A stretch of DNA of 64,000 bases from Octopus vulgaris (taxonomy: Eukaryota). A program made the translations under genes and the position numbers. The notes beneath the pieces are model-generated. The model saw only the letters and a program-made list of their open reading frames with translations. It did no database searches and was not told the DNA's origin. Position 1 is the stretch's first letter; the number at the start of each line of letters is the position of its first letter. The stretch is taken from contig OX597818.1 in assembly GCA_951406725.2 (NCBI GenBank), forward strand, positions 140,430,001 to 140,494,000. The letters are read 5' to 3'. Shown one piece after another: positions 1-13,534 of this stretch.

Positions 1-2
1 AC

Positions 3-64
3 CTGGTCTTTGAATTTCAGTTAATTCAACAGCATCATTGGGGAGTCCCTCTCTTGACGCTATC
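3..64 (-). CDS. Candidate internal coding exon of an unidentified minus-strand host gene (phase 2 to 1; IASREGLPNDAVELTEIQRP)
   Basis: Minus strand reads ttcttcaccgaattcactgcAG|GATAGC...CCAG|GT. Only one frame is open, and it joins in frame to the 3237-3275 candidate. No homology recognised. Confidence 0.4.
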
Positions 65-699
65 CTGCAGTGAATTCGGTGAAGAAATTACAAATATACA
101 ATGTGTATGTGCGATCGATAATGATTAGATTACTAGTGCTATTTTTAATTCGTAATTATATATATATATATATATATACATACACACACACTGATACATG
201 GTGAACGTTATTTGAGAACCATTAAGCATATTTTTAAAATTTTATGAAAGTCGTTTACAAAGCGAATGGACGAATTAAACTTGCAGTATTTAATTCTCTA
301 TTAAATATTCTAGGAATAACATACCAAATACATTATGTCACATCTTTCTTGTATTTCAATGTGCACTAATTTTCATTCTACCTACAAAATTCATGGCGCC
401 AGCTATTTACAACTAGAAGAAAGGAGTATTATAATTAACGCAACGAACACAATGGTCTTTTATTTATTACTATATATGTGTGTATATGTATGTGTGTATG
501 TGTGTGTGTTTATACATATACATACATAGAAAGACACACTCACATACAGACACACACACACATGCACACACATTCACGCAAACACAGAGGCATACATACA
601 CACAAATATATATGGATGTGTATACATGCATGCGTTATTTATGTGTATATGTATATTCATATGTTATCATTCAGTGCAATATTTTTTTATTTCAATGAA

Positions 700-1250
700 T
701 TCGAAACGTTTTTCAAGTGAATCTAAATCGAGTGCCAGCGAAGAATATATCGAATGCGTTGGCAGAAAATAAAGTATTTGAATTAATATGTACTACTGTT
801 AGGATCGTTGTCATAATCCAGCAATAATGAAAACGATTTTTGATTGAATAAGACAAAAAGGAACCTTTCATATGTTCCTTCTTGATAAATATAATAAATA
901 TAACAATCACATGAGTAACTGGATCGAGGCCTTGAACTGTTGACTTCCTAACACCATGACTTTGCCTCTCCATTCTTCGCAGTTCTCTTGATACAACTCA
1001 GATTCATTTTCTCACGAAAATCATGACAGCAGATCCGAACCGGCCGAAATTACTTCAACCCATCAGTTGCGCAAAAAGCTATATTGTAAGGATCAACTTT
1101 ATTTGAACTTTGGCTTTTCTTCATGGAATTGAACGGCTTTTTGCTATGAATATATCTCACTAAGCTTTGCTTGTTTCCTGTGTGAACAGTGGTATACTGA
1201 TATTCTAATGGCATTGGTACAGTTTATTGACCTCGCGGAAAACTACTAAT
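700..1250 (-). pseudogene. Highly decayed pogo/Tigger-like transposase remnant
   Basis: Fragmented minus-strand translation gives ATDGLK*F (resembles the CENP-B HTH 'ASxGWLxxF'), SLLLDYDNDP (resembles 'LLLLDNAPSH') and FLPTHS..LALDL (resembles 'FLPPNTTSxLQPLD'). Many stops and frameshifts. Confidence 0.35.
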
Positions 1251-1667
1251 GAAGTTTCCAAGGTTTTAGCGATTGCAGAGCGGTTATGTCACTCAACGAC
1301 ATTCCATTTCAGTTCATCTAATTCATCTAATTCATACTGTGGTGTACATAATATATAAATTGCTTAATTAACTACGAGCTATTAAAGGACAGACGTGCAC
1401 AATTAGCTTATGAACTAATATGCTATTAAAAATTATGATTATTTTACATATAATGTCTAGATTCGATGCTATTGATTGTAGAAGGAAGCCGAGTTGGGCC
1501 TCCCTCTGGTGACCAACAAATCATGAAACAGACCGTTTCAATACTCACGAGAATATTTTACTCGAAACAAAAGAATAAATATAATTAGTTTACATTATTC
1601 TTCTTCATCCGGCAAGACTTTGTAACATTTATATATAATATATACATAATATATGATATATACATAC

Positions 1668-1712
<45 letters not shown>

Positions 1713-1715
<3 letters not shown>

Positions 1716-1903
1716 TACCCAGAAACTGCAGTCCGTGCGTATCACTTAGGTTGACGAGGGAAGGATAACCTCCCTTTGCAAATTCCGATAGGGCACAGAA
1801 GGTGTGCCTATAGCCAGCAGGAGGAGATGTTCTCCTGGGGCTACAAGCTACAGTAACACCCACCCTTAGTTGTTAGCCATATTGAGATGGCAAATATACC
1901 TCA
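1713..1903 (+). mobile_element. 5'-truncated member of the ~345-bp HHR repeat family
   Basis: Collinear with 26545-26712 (taccca GAAA palindrome TC ... ggggcta ... gcca-loop-tggcaaatata..tcac). Carries the HHR 3' half GAAA-CTGCAG-TC at 1722-1733. Flanked by (TA)n/(CA)n. Confidence 0.65.
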
Positions 1904-1918
1904 CACACACACATATAT

Positions 1919-1952
<34 letters not shown>

Positions 1953-3236
1953 TCATACATTCATACATACATGCATACATACATACATACATATACATAT
2001 ATATATATATATATATATACACGAGTGCACACACACACACATATATATATACACACAAACACATACACACACACATATATTTGTGTGTGTGTGTGTGAGT
2101 GTGCGTGTGTGTGTACATGAGTGTATGTTAATTACTTTGAAATTTCTAGCTAGTTTACACGCCTGTGTGATTCACATCCGTTACCAAATGCATTTGCATC
2201 ATATTCTTTGCATTCTAGTCGGATCATATGCTATACTACGAATACCAAATGCAATTATAATTCTTTTACAAAGTATAAAGGCATTTTTGTAGAAAGCGTA
2301 TTTACTTACTTCAATAGCTATACTTTTTTCTCAACATATTTTCTTTGTTATTTCGAAATATGCAGATTCCAAAAAATTATCCTACATGCAGCATGTGCTT
2401 TAGTTTAGTAAAACAAATTATTTTGTAAAAGCTCCGAGACACTCTATTCAAAATAGTTGTCTGCATTGTAAATTCACATACACACTCCTCCTGAAAAAGA
2501 CACCCCGCAAAATTGAACGATAAAGGATATTTGAGAAGATTTTAGTCCGAGTCGCACATTTCCTATCTCATGTCGGCAGTATTGATTAGTGAATTAGAAA
2601 AAGAGTAGCTTTTTAATATGAGAGAATAACTCTAGCTCTTTAAACTCCTTTCTCTCTCCACAGTTCGACTTTCACTGACAGCCTTATTCATCCACCCAGT
2701 TAATACTCCCATCAACCTACTCTTCTGATCAAAACCCTCACCTTAATACATCACATTCACTACATTTCACCTTCTTCATTTCCGTTTCACCGATTATTTC
2801 TCTCATTCCCCTCATTCCCACGCATTCATACCCTCATTTACACATTTTCATACATTACTTTATTAATCATTTGTGTCAATTTGACTTATAGATATAAATA
2901 TTTGCTCATTAACAAAATATGTAATTAATTCACAACTCTGAAGTACCAACTACTTCCTTGTATCGTTTCCAATAATATTTTAGCTGCTGAAGGCGGCAGT
3001 CGAAGAAGAACACCTTATAGCCATGTGGATATACCCACATACACCTACACATGCCTTCTTTTGGGGTTTATTTTGCGCAAACTCTCCTCTAAAAATTAGT
3101 TTTTTTTCTCCACTATCTCTTCCGTGGCTATTTTCTGTTACTCCAGTACTCACTGACATCGACCTTCTAACATGTGTTATCAATTTTCTATGCTCGTAGA
3201 ATATTTTAAAATCTCAAATGATGTTCGTCCTCTTAC

Positions 3237-3275
3237 TGTTTTCGACGATTCATTTCGTTTTCCACAGACGCACGC
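3237..3275 (-). CDS. Candidate 39-bp coding exon (phase 2 to 2; RASVENEMNRRKQ)
   Basis: Minus strand tatttctctgaacAG|GCGTGC...AAAACA|GTaaga. Length is a multiple of 3 and the phase matches exon 3-64. Confidence 0.35.
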
Positions 3276-3944
3276 CTGTTCAGAGAAATACACACTTGTA
3301 ATAACTCTTCTGTTACTCTGACTTAACAATGCATTTTCAAACCGCACAATCACAAACGATTCCGTTTAATTTCAATCTCACACAGCATCTGACACCTGCT
3401 TTCTCATTACACGCATTACATTTAAACTCATTCATGCAGCGATATCACACCACATTTAGAAAAAGAAAAAAATTACAAGGATTTATTATTGTGAATTATA
3501 AAAAGGGGATATCATAAAGGAGAATAGATAGTTGCAGAATAATATGAGAGACTTAAAATAAACTACATCTTAAGCCTAGTTTATTAGGTAAACGTGAATT
3601 GATAGGTTAGACAATATGATATGTATAGCTAAAGGCTACAAGGGTACTTATGAAAACAAAAGTAAGAGAAAGAAATACCAGCATGACTATCTTAATATTT
3701 TATACATAATTTTGATAGTTCCTATCAATCAAACTATATATCAATATACCTGACACTACTGTGAAGTTGAGCATTTACGGTGTGAGAATAATTATCCCTG
3801 CATTTATCTATGTCTCTATCTATCTATTATCTTTCTGTCTCTGTATCAGTCCCGATTTCTTTCTCTCTCTCTCTCTCTCTCTCTGTCTGTCTGTCTTTCT
3901 CTCTCTTTCCACATACATGTATTCGGATACGAGCAAGCAATCAC

Positions 3945-3982
<38 letters not shown>

Positions 3983-4429
3983 AGAGAGAGAGAGAGAGAG
4001 AGATGCGTACATAACCATTTGTAGCAATATATGTATTAATATGACGTGTGCATGTCTGTTGGTTGTAGAAACAATTTTGGGGTAGTTTCAGAGTTACGTC
4101 AAATGTTTAGTTTTATCCAGAAGGGAAACCGTTTATTTGATCGAAAGTTAAGATAGCGAGATGGCCGTTGAGATATAATTTGCAAATATAACTATACTAT
4201 TTCGGGTTCAGAGGCAATATACGTTACCCATCAAAATCTCTCAAGGAAGTATTCAAGACCCAACAATTCTTGATGAAATTAGCTACGTGAAATTCTACCT
4301 AAATGCGCACCCACGTGCGTGAGAGTTTGCGCCTGAGTATAGCATCCATATATATACATACATAGACGCACACACACACTCACACAGATATATATACTTA
4401 TGTATATATATTCCTTTTTTAATTTATTG

Positions 4430-4592
4430 TTTTACTTGTTTCATTCATTTGTCTATGACCATGCTGGAGCATCGCTTTTAGTCGAACCCAATCGTACCCA
4501 AGACTTATTCTGTCGGTCTTTTTGCCGAAACACTAAGTTACGGGAACGTAAACACATTAACATCGGTTTTGAAGCGATGGTAGGGGACAAAT
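4430..4592 (-). mobile_element. SINE family A, diverged 3' part
   Basis: Matches the reverse complement of about 29975-30165 (ttacttgtttca..ccatgctggagc..tttgccgaa..ggggacaaa). Confidence 0.8.
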
Positions 4593-4599
4593 GTATCCT

Positions 4600-5480
4600 A
4601 TGAAGGCATTGTGAATAAAGGTAGAGTGACCCGAGAATATTCCACCAGACTTAAGAAAATATGCCATTCGGAACTCTCCTCTTACAACAAAACAATATCT
4701 CACAATGCATATTTAGTAGCAGTGCTGATCCCAACATTTTGAATTCTTCATTGGTTTATAGAGAAAATCCACTCCATAGAAATCTAAACCCGCAAATCCT
4801 GACAACAACTGGGAACTTCCACAGAAGCACTAATGATGAAAGGCTCTACCTAAGAAGAAATGAAGTTGGTAGAGGCCTGAGATCAGTGCAGACGGCCTTC
4901 GAATACCGTATGGCATCACCCAGGCAGCATCTGCTAAACAGTAGGTCAAAAAATAAATATATAAATGCAGTGCTGAAAAGTGAAGTGAGCAACATTGTAG
5001 GAGTTGGCAGTGAACTCCACAAGAAGCATTCTTTTCCTGATGATCTTTACTGCTTCAAAATAACTGGGCACTCTTCTTCAGAGAAGACTTGGATGGAAGC
5101 GTATGTTGCCCGGGAGCTTCAAGAAGAGAGTACAATTGATACGAAGCACAGCCTTTCTTGGACACAAGACCACTACATACACATCACACTTTGAAGGCAA
5201 TGCGTTTGCCATCCAAGAACAGGAGATTGCCACAAAGTACCTGGTGAACAAGATAGACAGTGCAACTACATGTGGAAGACATCACGCATGTGTTTAGAAG
5301 CTATTGAGAAATGTCATCACGCCCTGTGCGGCACGATTTTGTTGCTAAATAAATTTACAATACCATCCGCAAAAAAGACTGTCCTGAAATATAATTAGAA
5401 AATCCTTCTGTTATGGAATAAATTCATAAACACCAAATCAAGAATACTGGGGGAATATTCCCATCAAAACTTCTGAAAAA
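4600..5480 (+). pseudogene. Decayed non-LTR retrotransposon fragment, R4/Dong-like (RT C-terminal region towards the RLE)
   Basis: Peptides ILTTTGNFHRSTNDERLYLRRNEVGRGLRS and TSHFEGNAFAIQEQEIATKYLVNK, with later EYWGNIPIKT. These resemble the 'RLYxxRxxGGRGL' and 'EGxxxAIQEQ' motifs of R4-type RLE LINEs. Frameshifted. Confidence 0.75.
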
Positions 5481-5976
5481 TGTATCGCCTGCACCTTCGT
5501 TCGCAAATAACATGTGTAAATATGAAACTCGGATATAGAAAGACGTAAATCTGTCACTTTTTCAGTACCTGTGTCGACAGTTTTATGAATAAATATATTT
5601 GTTTATTTGCATCTTCTATGGTTTTGCTTTTTATTTGTGCAGTCTTTGAACAGCAAACATGCTTGGACACAACCTTTAAGGATTGTGTTTTTTTGTTTGC
5701 TTTTTAATTCTTCGACTTCATTACCCATATCTGTTTTATTTCTCGTCGGTACGTTTTACCGATCAGCAAAGTAGTTAAGTTACAATACGAGAAACAAACC
5801 AACGGTGGTAACCAATGCATACAGAAACACAGACACATCCGTACTGTAGATGGTGGTGTTTATTTTATATTTGAAAACATATGTCCATAATGTCTGTTAT
5901 TTATATCGTAAGGGTACCCACAAACGCACGCACACACATACATTCATACAAGCATTCATGTATACATACATACATG

Positions 5977-6014
<38 letters not shown>

Positions 6015-7291
6015 CTTACGTATGTACAAAGACACATACACAAACACACACACATATATATGAACATGCGTATATGCATGTGTGTGTGTGTATGTCTGTG
6101 TCTATGTGTGTGTATGAATGCATATATATATAGGTCATTGCTTTTTATTTAATGGGGTAGTCACCTAATCCCTGCTGCAGTCCTGTTCTCTAAGCATTCT
6201 CGGCTGCCATAACATATCAAATATCTTAATTTGAACACGAAATAAAACCTGATCAATTCTTATAAGACCGTCTCAACGAATTATCTCTACCGCAGTTAAT
6301 ATGATATTATATGGTTTCTGGATGACCTTTAACAGCGTGTGAGTGAGAAAAAAGCAAATGGATGGAGGGAGAGAGAAAAGGTAGAGGAGCTGTAATCGCT
6401 GTGGCTGAAATCCTTGCTATCAGATTGGTGTTTTGAAGAGGGATGGAACGAATTATAGATTTTATTGTAGTTATGACCAGTCGGGAATGTGTAAGATATG
6501 AAAAGCTTTAGCAACCGGACGGATTTGCTTATTTATAATTACTGTCAGAACTGTAATTAAATTATCAATAACAACAAGTCTAGGTAAAATAATTATCGAT
6601 ATGTTTGATAAAGATAATAAACGAACATTGGAGCGTTAAAAAATTTGTCATAATTATGATAACGCGAATACGCCAAGTACTTGAATAAAAATAATAGATT
6701 GCCAAACGTCGAAACCATTAATTTCAGGAAACATTTCCCCAAAGCCTAAACATTCTATTGCAGTAGCAATTAAATAACCTCTGTTGGAAATAGCATCGGC
6801 AAATAACACGATAATAAATGTATATGTGTCGAAGTCCAAAGAGGAAGAAATGAACATGATGCAATGAAGAATCCAAACTCGATCTTCCAGAACTTTCGCC
6901 CAAACAGTTCTCAGATGCCTACTAAAGTCTTAAAAAACAAAAGAATGTATAAGCATTCCCCTCGATGTACTGTGTTAAGGACATGTAATCATCAATGACT
7001 GGTATGATTAAGTCATTAATGGAATGAAACAATAGCAATAAAATATAAACTATTCGTTATCGGTTTTGAAATTGTATTTATTTTTGTCATTACTTTATCT
7101 GAAAAGCAGAGAACACTCCTTATTGTGCAGATATTGTTCTACTTGCTCAGTCGGTTAAACAACAGGGTTTGTTGCACTCGCGTTATGTTCCAATTATATC
7201 ATATCATCAATATCAACACACTATAATACGCTATGCTTTATGATTTGAAACTTTCCTGAATGATTATTAATTATAAACCTAACCAGCTTAC

Positions 7292-7333
7292 CCATTATTT
7301 CCACTGTACTTGCTAACTTTGATGCTTTAATAA
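7292..7333 (-). CDS. Candidate 42-bp coding exon (phase 1 to 1; IKASKLASTVEIM)
   Basis: Minus strand tattttcAG|TTATTAAAGC...ATAATGG|GTaagc, with strong splice signals and one open frame. An unlocated phase 1-to-2 exon would be needed before 3237-3275. Confidence 0.3.
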
Positions 7334-8134
7334 CTGAAAATATAGTAACGATTGGCTCGTACGGAAAAGAGACAATTGTTGTTTCTCTGTTTATAATTCT
7401 TGTGCTTTGCAGCTCCAAATAATTGCCATTGTTATTCTAGGTTTTTTAATGCTGAGCCTGAGGAGCTGTGAGTTGACAAAATATTAACGTTGTGAGTGTT
7501 ATCATTACTTTCCTAATAACCACACCCACAACCACTAGGAGCATCAACATTAAACTAATATTATTTGTCTTATTTTATTCCACTGTTTTCCATACATGCC
7601 AAGTGCAGCTTAGTGGGTCTTGAATACGTGCCGTGGTTTGTTTCAGCTTGTGATTTTGATTGCTTTCAAAGCATTTTACGAAAGATGAGCGCGCAATTAC
7701 AATGTTATTTCCTGTATGTTGTATGCTATTTCCTGTATGTGTGCGAGCCAAGATGATTTGGCTATGCACTTATCCAAATGCATAATAATTTCATAGGTAC
7801 CTATGATTAAAAGGAATGTTTTTGTTTTTAATCCTTATTGTTTGGAAAAGTATACTTCTCAGCATTTAGGTGGTATCTTCATTTCATTTTATATGCATAA
7901 CTGTGTATTTTAGGGCTTGCTCATCATTCAGGAAAAAAGGTTACTTTTCATATGATTCCATACGACAAAATTCCGTTGGTTTGATCATTCCACTTCGCAA
8001 TATAAAATTGTATGATATAGAGTATGTTTTGTGTGTGCGTATGCAAATATCTATGTGTGTGCATGTGTGTTTGTGTGTCTATGTAAGTAGATATATATTC
8101 GTATACTTTATATATATATGGATATATATGTATG

Positions 8135-8535
8135 TACTCTTTTATTTGTTTCAGTCATTTGACTGCGGCCATGCTGGAGTACCGCCTTTAGTCGAGCAAA
8201 TCGACCCCAGGACATATTCTTTGTAAGCCTGGTACTTATTCTATCGGTCTCTTTTGCCGAACCGCTAAGTTACGGGGACAGAAATACACCAGCATCTGCT
8301 GTCAAGCGATGTTGGGGAACAAATACTGATACACAAATACACACATGCACACGCATATATATACACATATATATATATACATATATATGAGAGTCTTCTT
8401 TTAGTTCCTGTCTTCCAAATCTACTCACAAGGCTTTGGTCGGCCCGAGGCTATAGTAGAAGACACTTGCCCAAAGTGCCACGCAATGGGACTGAACCCGG
8501 AACCATGTGGTTCGTGATCAAGCTACTTAACACAC
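8135..8535 (-). mobile_element. SINE family A (tRNA-derived head, internal TA/CA microsatellite), near full length
   Basis: Reverse complement of 29748-30176 along its length. Confidence 0.9.
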
Positions 8536-8537
8536 AC

Positions 8538-8606
<69 letters not shown>

Positions 8607-8669
8607 GGTCCCGGGTTGAGTCGGGGTTAACCACAGTAAATAAGGTACTCAATACATAGCAGAGTAAAT

Positions 8670-8728
8670 TAATTTATTTTATAGAAGGAGCTTCCACAGG
8701 ACTAGAACTGTGGAAGCTCCTTCTATAA

Positions 8729-8737
<9 letters not shown>
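8670..8737. repeat. Perfect 30-bp inverted repeat with an 8-nt spacer inside a (TA)n-flanked insert
   Basis: taatttattttatagaaggagcttccacag - gactagaa - ctgtggaagctccttctataaaataaatta. Confidence 0.9.
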
Positions 8738-8796
<59 letters not shown>

Positions 8797-9869
8797 GTGT
8801 GTGTATGTATATGTATGTATACATATGTGTATGTATGTATGTATTTTCCAGTTTCAAAATATACATATATATTGAAACAGATAAATAAATCCATATCAAA
8901 TACCAATTAAATACCATGTCAAAAAGTTTCCGTGATTTATTAAAACAGAACAACTAAAACAATTGCCTGGTGGCAGTTAGATGTACTTCCAAATGAGGAG
9001 AGATAATCTGAATAATCAGCAATTCTCCGGAAGTTCGATACGATTAATAAAATTACATCCTGATTGCCTAGAGATAAAATGGACAACTTTTTATATCTAT
9101 TTCTTCATGAATATGTCTTAAGAATTGAAATTGTCCTTCTTCAACTCCAGGAAACAAACGACATATATATATTCTTACATATTCTTTTGGCCGAGGGCAT
9201 CACACTCAGTTGATTATTTTTTTCCTGCACTTCAAAATGTGGTGCTTTCGTATGGCCGTTTGCTAATTCCTATCGGTCACACTTTAAGCCCTGGCTCAGA
9301 AGTCTTTTTGGGTCTTGTGATAAAAGACAATTTAAATAAATAAGGAGAATATATCTACATACTTGTTATCATTACAGTCATTTATGCAGACATATGTTTC
9401 TGCAGCATGGATATCGCGCAATGTGGTTTATATTTGCATCTAGAATGTTCCTCTGTTTAAGAGTCCATACAGATTCTATATCTGTAAACACGAATAAAAA
9501 ACATGCATGCGCGCACACTCAAATGCTCACACAATGACAGGTCGTCTGTGTACATATTTGCCGATACGCGCACTTGCACGCATACTTATTTGTAGTCTCA
9601 TATACGCATAATTCTTAATTGATAGAATTGTTTTAAAGATTGTAGCCTCGCATTGCAACCAATGTAGTTTGAACTTCTGCCTCCAAGCGCGGTAATTTGG
9701 GCATTCATCATCATTCATCATTGTTCGACCGTGGTCGAGACAATGGAATTTACCATGCTACGCCAGACCTCACGGTCCATCATGGTATTACGGAGGTCCT
9801 GTTGCTGGATGCCTGTATCCCTGGAGATTACATCTGGGTAGGAGAGTGTGCGCCCTCTGGTATTGCGAG

Positions 9870-10212
9870 TAGATGGCTTCCAAGTCTCTTATGTTATAGC
9901 CGCGGGCTGAGCGATGTCTTGGGAAGACGCTGGTCTACATGTATGTATGCGTGAGTTTGTATGTGGGTTTGTGTGCATGTGTGTTTTTGTCGGGGTGTGA
10001 ATATCTGTATTTCTTTTTTAACGCCTTCGCCGTTTGGCAACTAGTGTAGGCTTGCTTACGTCCCCGCAACTTCGCATTTCGGTGAATGAGAATAAACGAA
10101 TAAGCAACTGGTTTAAAATTATTATAAACGTTAATTTGTTGCACCAAAACCCATCAAGGCGATGCACCAGCATGGACGTAGTCTCATGAATGAAAGAAGT
10201 AAAATGAAAAAG
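9870..10212 (+). mobile_element. Old, diverged SINE family A copy
   Basis: tatagccgcgggctga..., acgtccccgcaactt, and aaggcgatgcaccagcatggacgtagtc..aagtaaaa match the family A body and tail. Confidence 0.6.
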
Positions 10213-10315
10213 ATACTCCTGTATTAAGTTCTATTTTTCCTGTTTCTCCTAACGAACATGTATTTATGTGCCTCTATGTATATATAAATTTACATATGTA
10301 TATACACACACACAT

Positions 10316-10390
<75 letters not shown>

Positions 10391-10398
<8 letters not shown>

Positions 10399-12345
10399 AC
10401 TTCTGTGTGTGTGTGTGTGTGTATAAAAGATTATAACGGCCGTACTTTTCAACTGATTTTCTCCAAACTGGGAACATATATTACTTAAACTTCAGGGATG
10501 GTTTTCGACTTTTAATGATTACTGGGCCACCTACGGGCAGAAAAGCCTCGTTCCAGGGTTACGTGGACAAGGTGCGTAACTCTTTGCGAAGTAACTTCCA
10601 GAAATTGAATGTCTCCTTTACATTATTTCGTCACAAAATAAAATCAGAAATATCCTTTTTTGTATTAGATTCACGTCTTCGAAAGCTTTAAAAATATTTA
10701 CTATTGTTTTCTAGCGTCAGTGACCTCTATATCTATCTTTATCTCTCTATCCATCTCTGTCTATTTCTATCTCTCTATGTCTCTGTATCCCTCTCTATCT
10801 TTATATCTATCCCTCTGTATCTATCTGTCTATATCTTAAGTGTCTAAATAGCTAGCTCTCTCTCTTTTTCTCGCACTCTCTATATCTTACTCACTCTCTA
10901 TTGTTTTCACTTTCATATTTCAATCGGTATTTACAAACAACAACGACAAATTACTGACAAAGAATTTCGTAATTACTGATGGAAGTAATTTCATACATAA
11001 TTTACTGACGGAAGTAACTTCATAAATTTCACTTCATTCCGTACACTTCGTTAAATTTGCCTACAAAACTCTTATTTATTTTTGCAACATTTTGTGTATT
11101 TTTCATATTTTTGCAGTTGACAGAATTTCTGATAAAAGTAAGTTCATAATTTACTGACAAAAATTTCACTTAAACCAGAACACTTCGTTAATTTCCCCCA
11201 AAAATTTCTTATTTACTCTTGCAACGGTTTTGTGTTTTTCTGTTGTTAACGGCCTTTACCTCGTTCCTTCGATACTGGCTCTTTGGTTCACTAAGTCACG
11301 AATTTCGCTTCAACCCATACAATTCTTTATTTTCCGTAAAAATTTCTTGTTTACTTTCTGCCCGTCGTATTAAGAAATATAATTTCAGTTACCCAGTTAT
11401 TTTCATTGTTTACTATTTTCTCCACCCTGTATTTCTGTATACGTATTGGAAGGAAAATGTCAAATCTGTCTATAATGTGAAAGTCAGCCAAAAGAATGTC
11501 TCTGTCTAGGGAGAGAGAGAGAGACAGCTACAGAAAGGGAAGCATAGCAAGAAACGAACAGACTGTGCACTACAAAATCCAGGGTATATCAAAGTGATGA
11601 ATAGTATGCACGACTGACAAGGAATAAGATCTCCACTGCAAAATGAAGAGCCGTTGCAACAGCTCAGAGAAGCAATTTCTATGAAGTAGCTTTGAATTAT
11701 GATCCAGCAGTTCCTTATGCAGATGACATTAGAGTTTCTATTGGTTCAATGACAACTAAGTGCATACATTGTAAAGCAAGGAAGTGGCCTGGAGAGACAC
11801 CTGCACTGTACTGCAGTGGTGGAAAGGTTAAACTCCTTGCAATCCCCCAACCTCCAGAGCCATTGAAGAAACTGTTGTCATCAACTGACCAAGATTCCAA
11901 GCACTTCCTTAACAAAATTAGACAATAAAACGCTGCACTACTGATGACATCATTTGGAGTTACAAGAGATTTAACTGAGCCAGGAATCATGCAAACTTTC
12001 AAGATCTAATGTCAGATTTATCGTCGGATTGGCTATCTACTACTAGAGTCAAATGAATCACCAAAATTAGCCTTTCAGTGTATATAATATGTAACTGTTT
12101 TTCTTTTTGGTTACGAAATAAGCTACACAAAACGTGTTTTTGAATTATGTGTATTTACTTTATATACATATACGAGTTGAAACCTTTCTTTAAACATTTC
12201 ACTTAACGTCTATGTTCCATGCTCGCCTCTGGGTTGTAGAATTATTAAAAGTTGGTATCTCAGCTACTAGCAGTTGAGACCTTCGTAATCAAGAGGGCGT
12301 TTTGAAATTTCCTTATTGTTTTTAACTTGTGCAACGCCGGGTATT
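10391..12345 (+). mobile_element. Internally deleted Helitron carrying a Rep N-terminal pseudo-ORF (about 11680-12065)
   Basis: SIGSMTTKCIHCKARKWPGETPALYCSGGKVKL...KHFLNKIRQ*NAALLMTSFG...QTFKI*CQIYRRIG fits the Helitron RepHel N-terminal pattern (CxxC..CCxxGKV; YNSxFQMTSFG; TFKxQGQVYH). gcaacgccgggtat at about 12331 resembles a Helitron 3' end. Outer boundaries are approximate. Confidence 0.75.
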
Positions 12346-12380
12346 TATATTATATTATATTATATTATATTATATTATAT

Positions 12381-12445
<65 letters not shown>

Positions 12446-13070
12446 AAATCACACACGCGCACTGCTTCGCCCACACATAAACACGTGTTTGTGTACATGC
12501 AAACATATACGTACACTATTTTAAATCAACATAAAGGAAATGCTACGCTAAAACGATAAGCGTTTCCTTACTTGTCCGCTCGGATGAGTGAAGCATTTGC
12601 GCATGGAGGAACATATATGTTTGTTTGCCGTTCCTTTCAACAATACACCATTTGATATAATATGAGATAAAACGGGTGGGAAAATTCCCCATATTTACCC
12701 ATAAAACAATGCTATTCTCTATATTTTTCCAAGGAAACAGGGTATGAATTACGTTCCGGTATGGAATTATAAGAACTTAGCAAATCATTGATGAAATGGT
12801 AGTGTTTTATTGAGAAATAATTGAAAATAATAATGGCGGATATTTCTCTAAGACAATTGTGGCGTATAAGCCTTTTGTACATCGATCTTTGAAGGGAGGC
12901 AATAAAATAGATGTTATATTTTCTTTTAAATGTACAAAAAGAGATGTTGTGTACAGGAGCGTGAAGGAACGGGTTTCTTAAAGTTCATTAACACTATACA
13001 AGTGAACATATTGGAAAATATATACACGTATGTGTGTATATATCAATATGTGAATATATATATATGTATA

Positions 13071-13290
13071 TACCCGGGGAGGTGCTGAAATGTTCCTGGC
13101 TTTGCGTAAAAGAAAGAAGAGGAGTATCTGTTAAATATGATTTCCTTCAACATATTCCCCTCTCAGAACACACACTTTTTGCAGCGGTCCTACTGTTTTT
13201 TATGCCCTGTGAAAGAACTCGGAAGATTGGACCTCCATCCAGGCTTTTCGTGATATCCTAAAAGCCAGGAACTTTTCAGCACTCTTCGTA
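13071..13290. mobile_element. Mariner-type MITE
   Basis: TIRs tacccggggaggtgctgaaatgttcctggcttt / aaagccaggaacttttcagcactcttcgta, with TA flanks. Confidence 0.8.
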
Positions 13291-13345
<55 letters not shown>

Positions 13346-13534
13346 TATATATTTAATATAGATATATATGATATCTATATCATATATATATACAGGATAT
13401 ATATATATATATACACACATATACATAATACAAATAGAAAGAAATAGACAGAAAAAGGAACACACCCACATACACAACCTAACTTATACACACTCGCACA
13501 TACACACACACATTGTTAAATTCATCTGCTATTT

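Noticed and set aside
9363-9481. Minus-strand exon-like segment with good splice signals (also candidates near 21207, 41075, 41746, 49508)
   Set aside because: 9363-9481 has stops in all three frames. The others have an open frame but no phase-linked or homology support.
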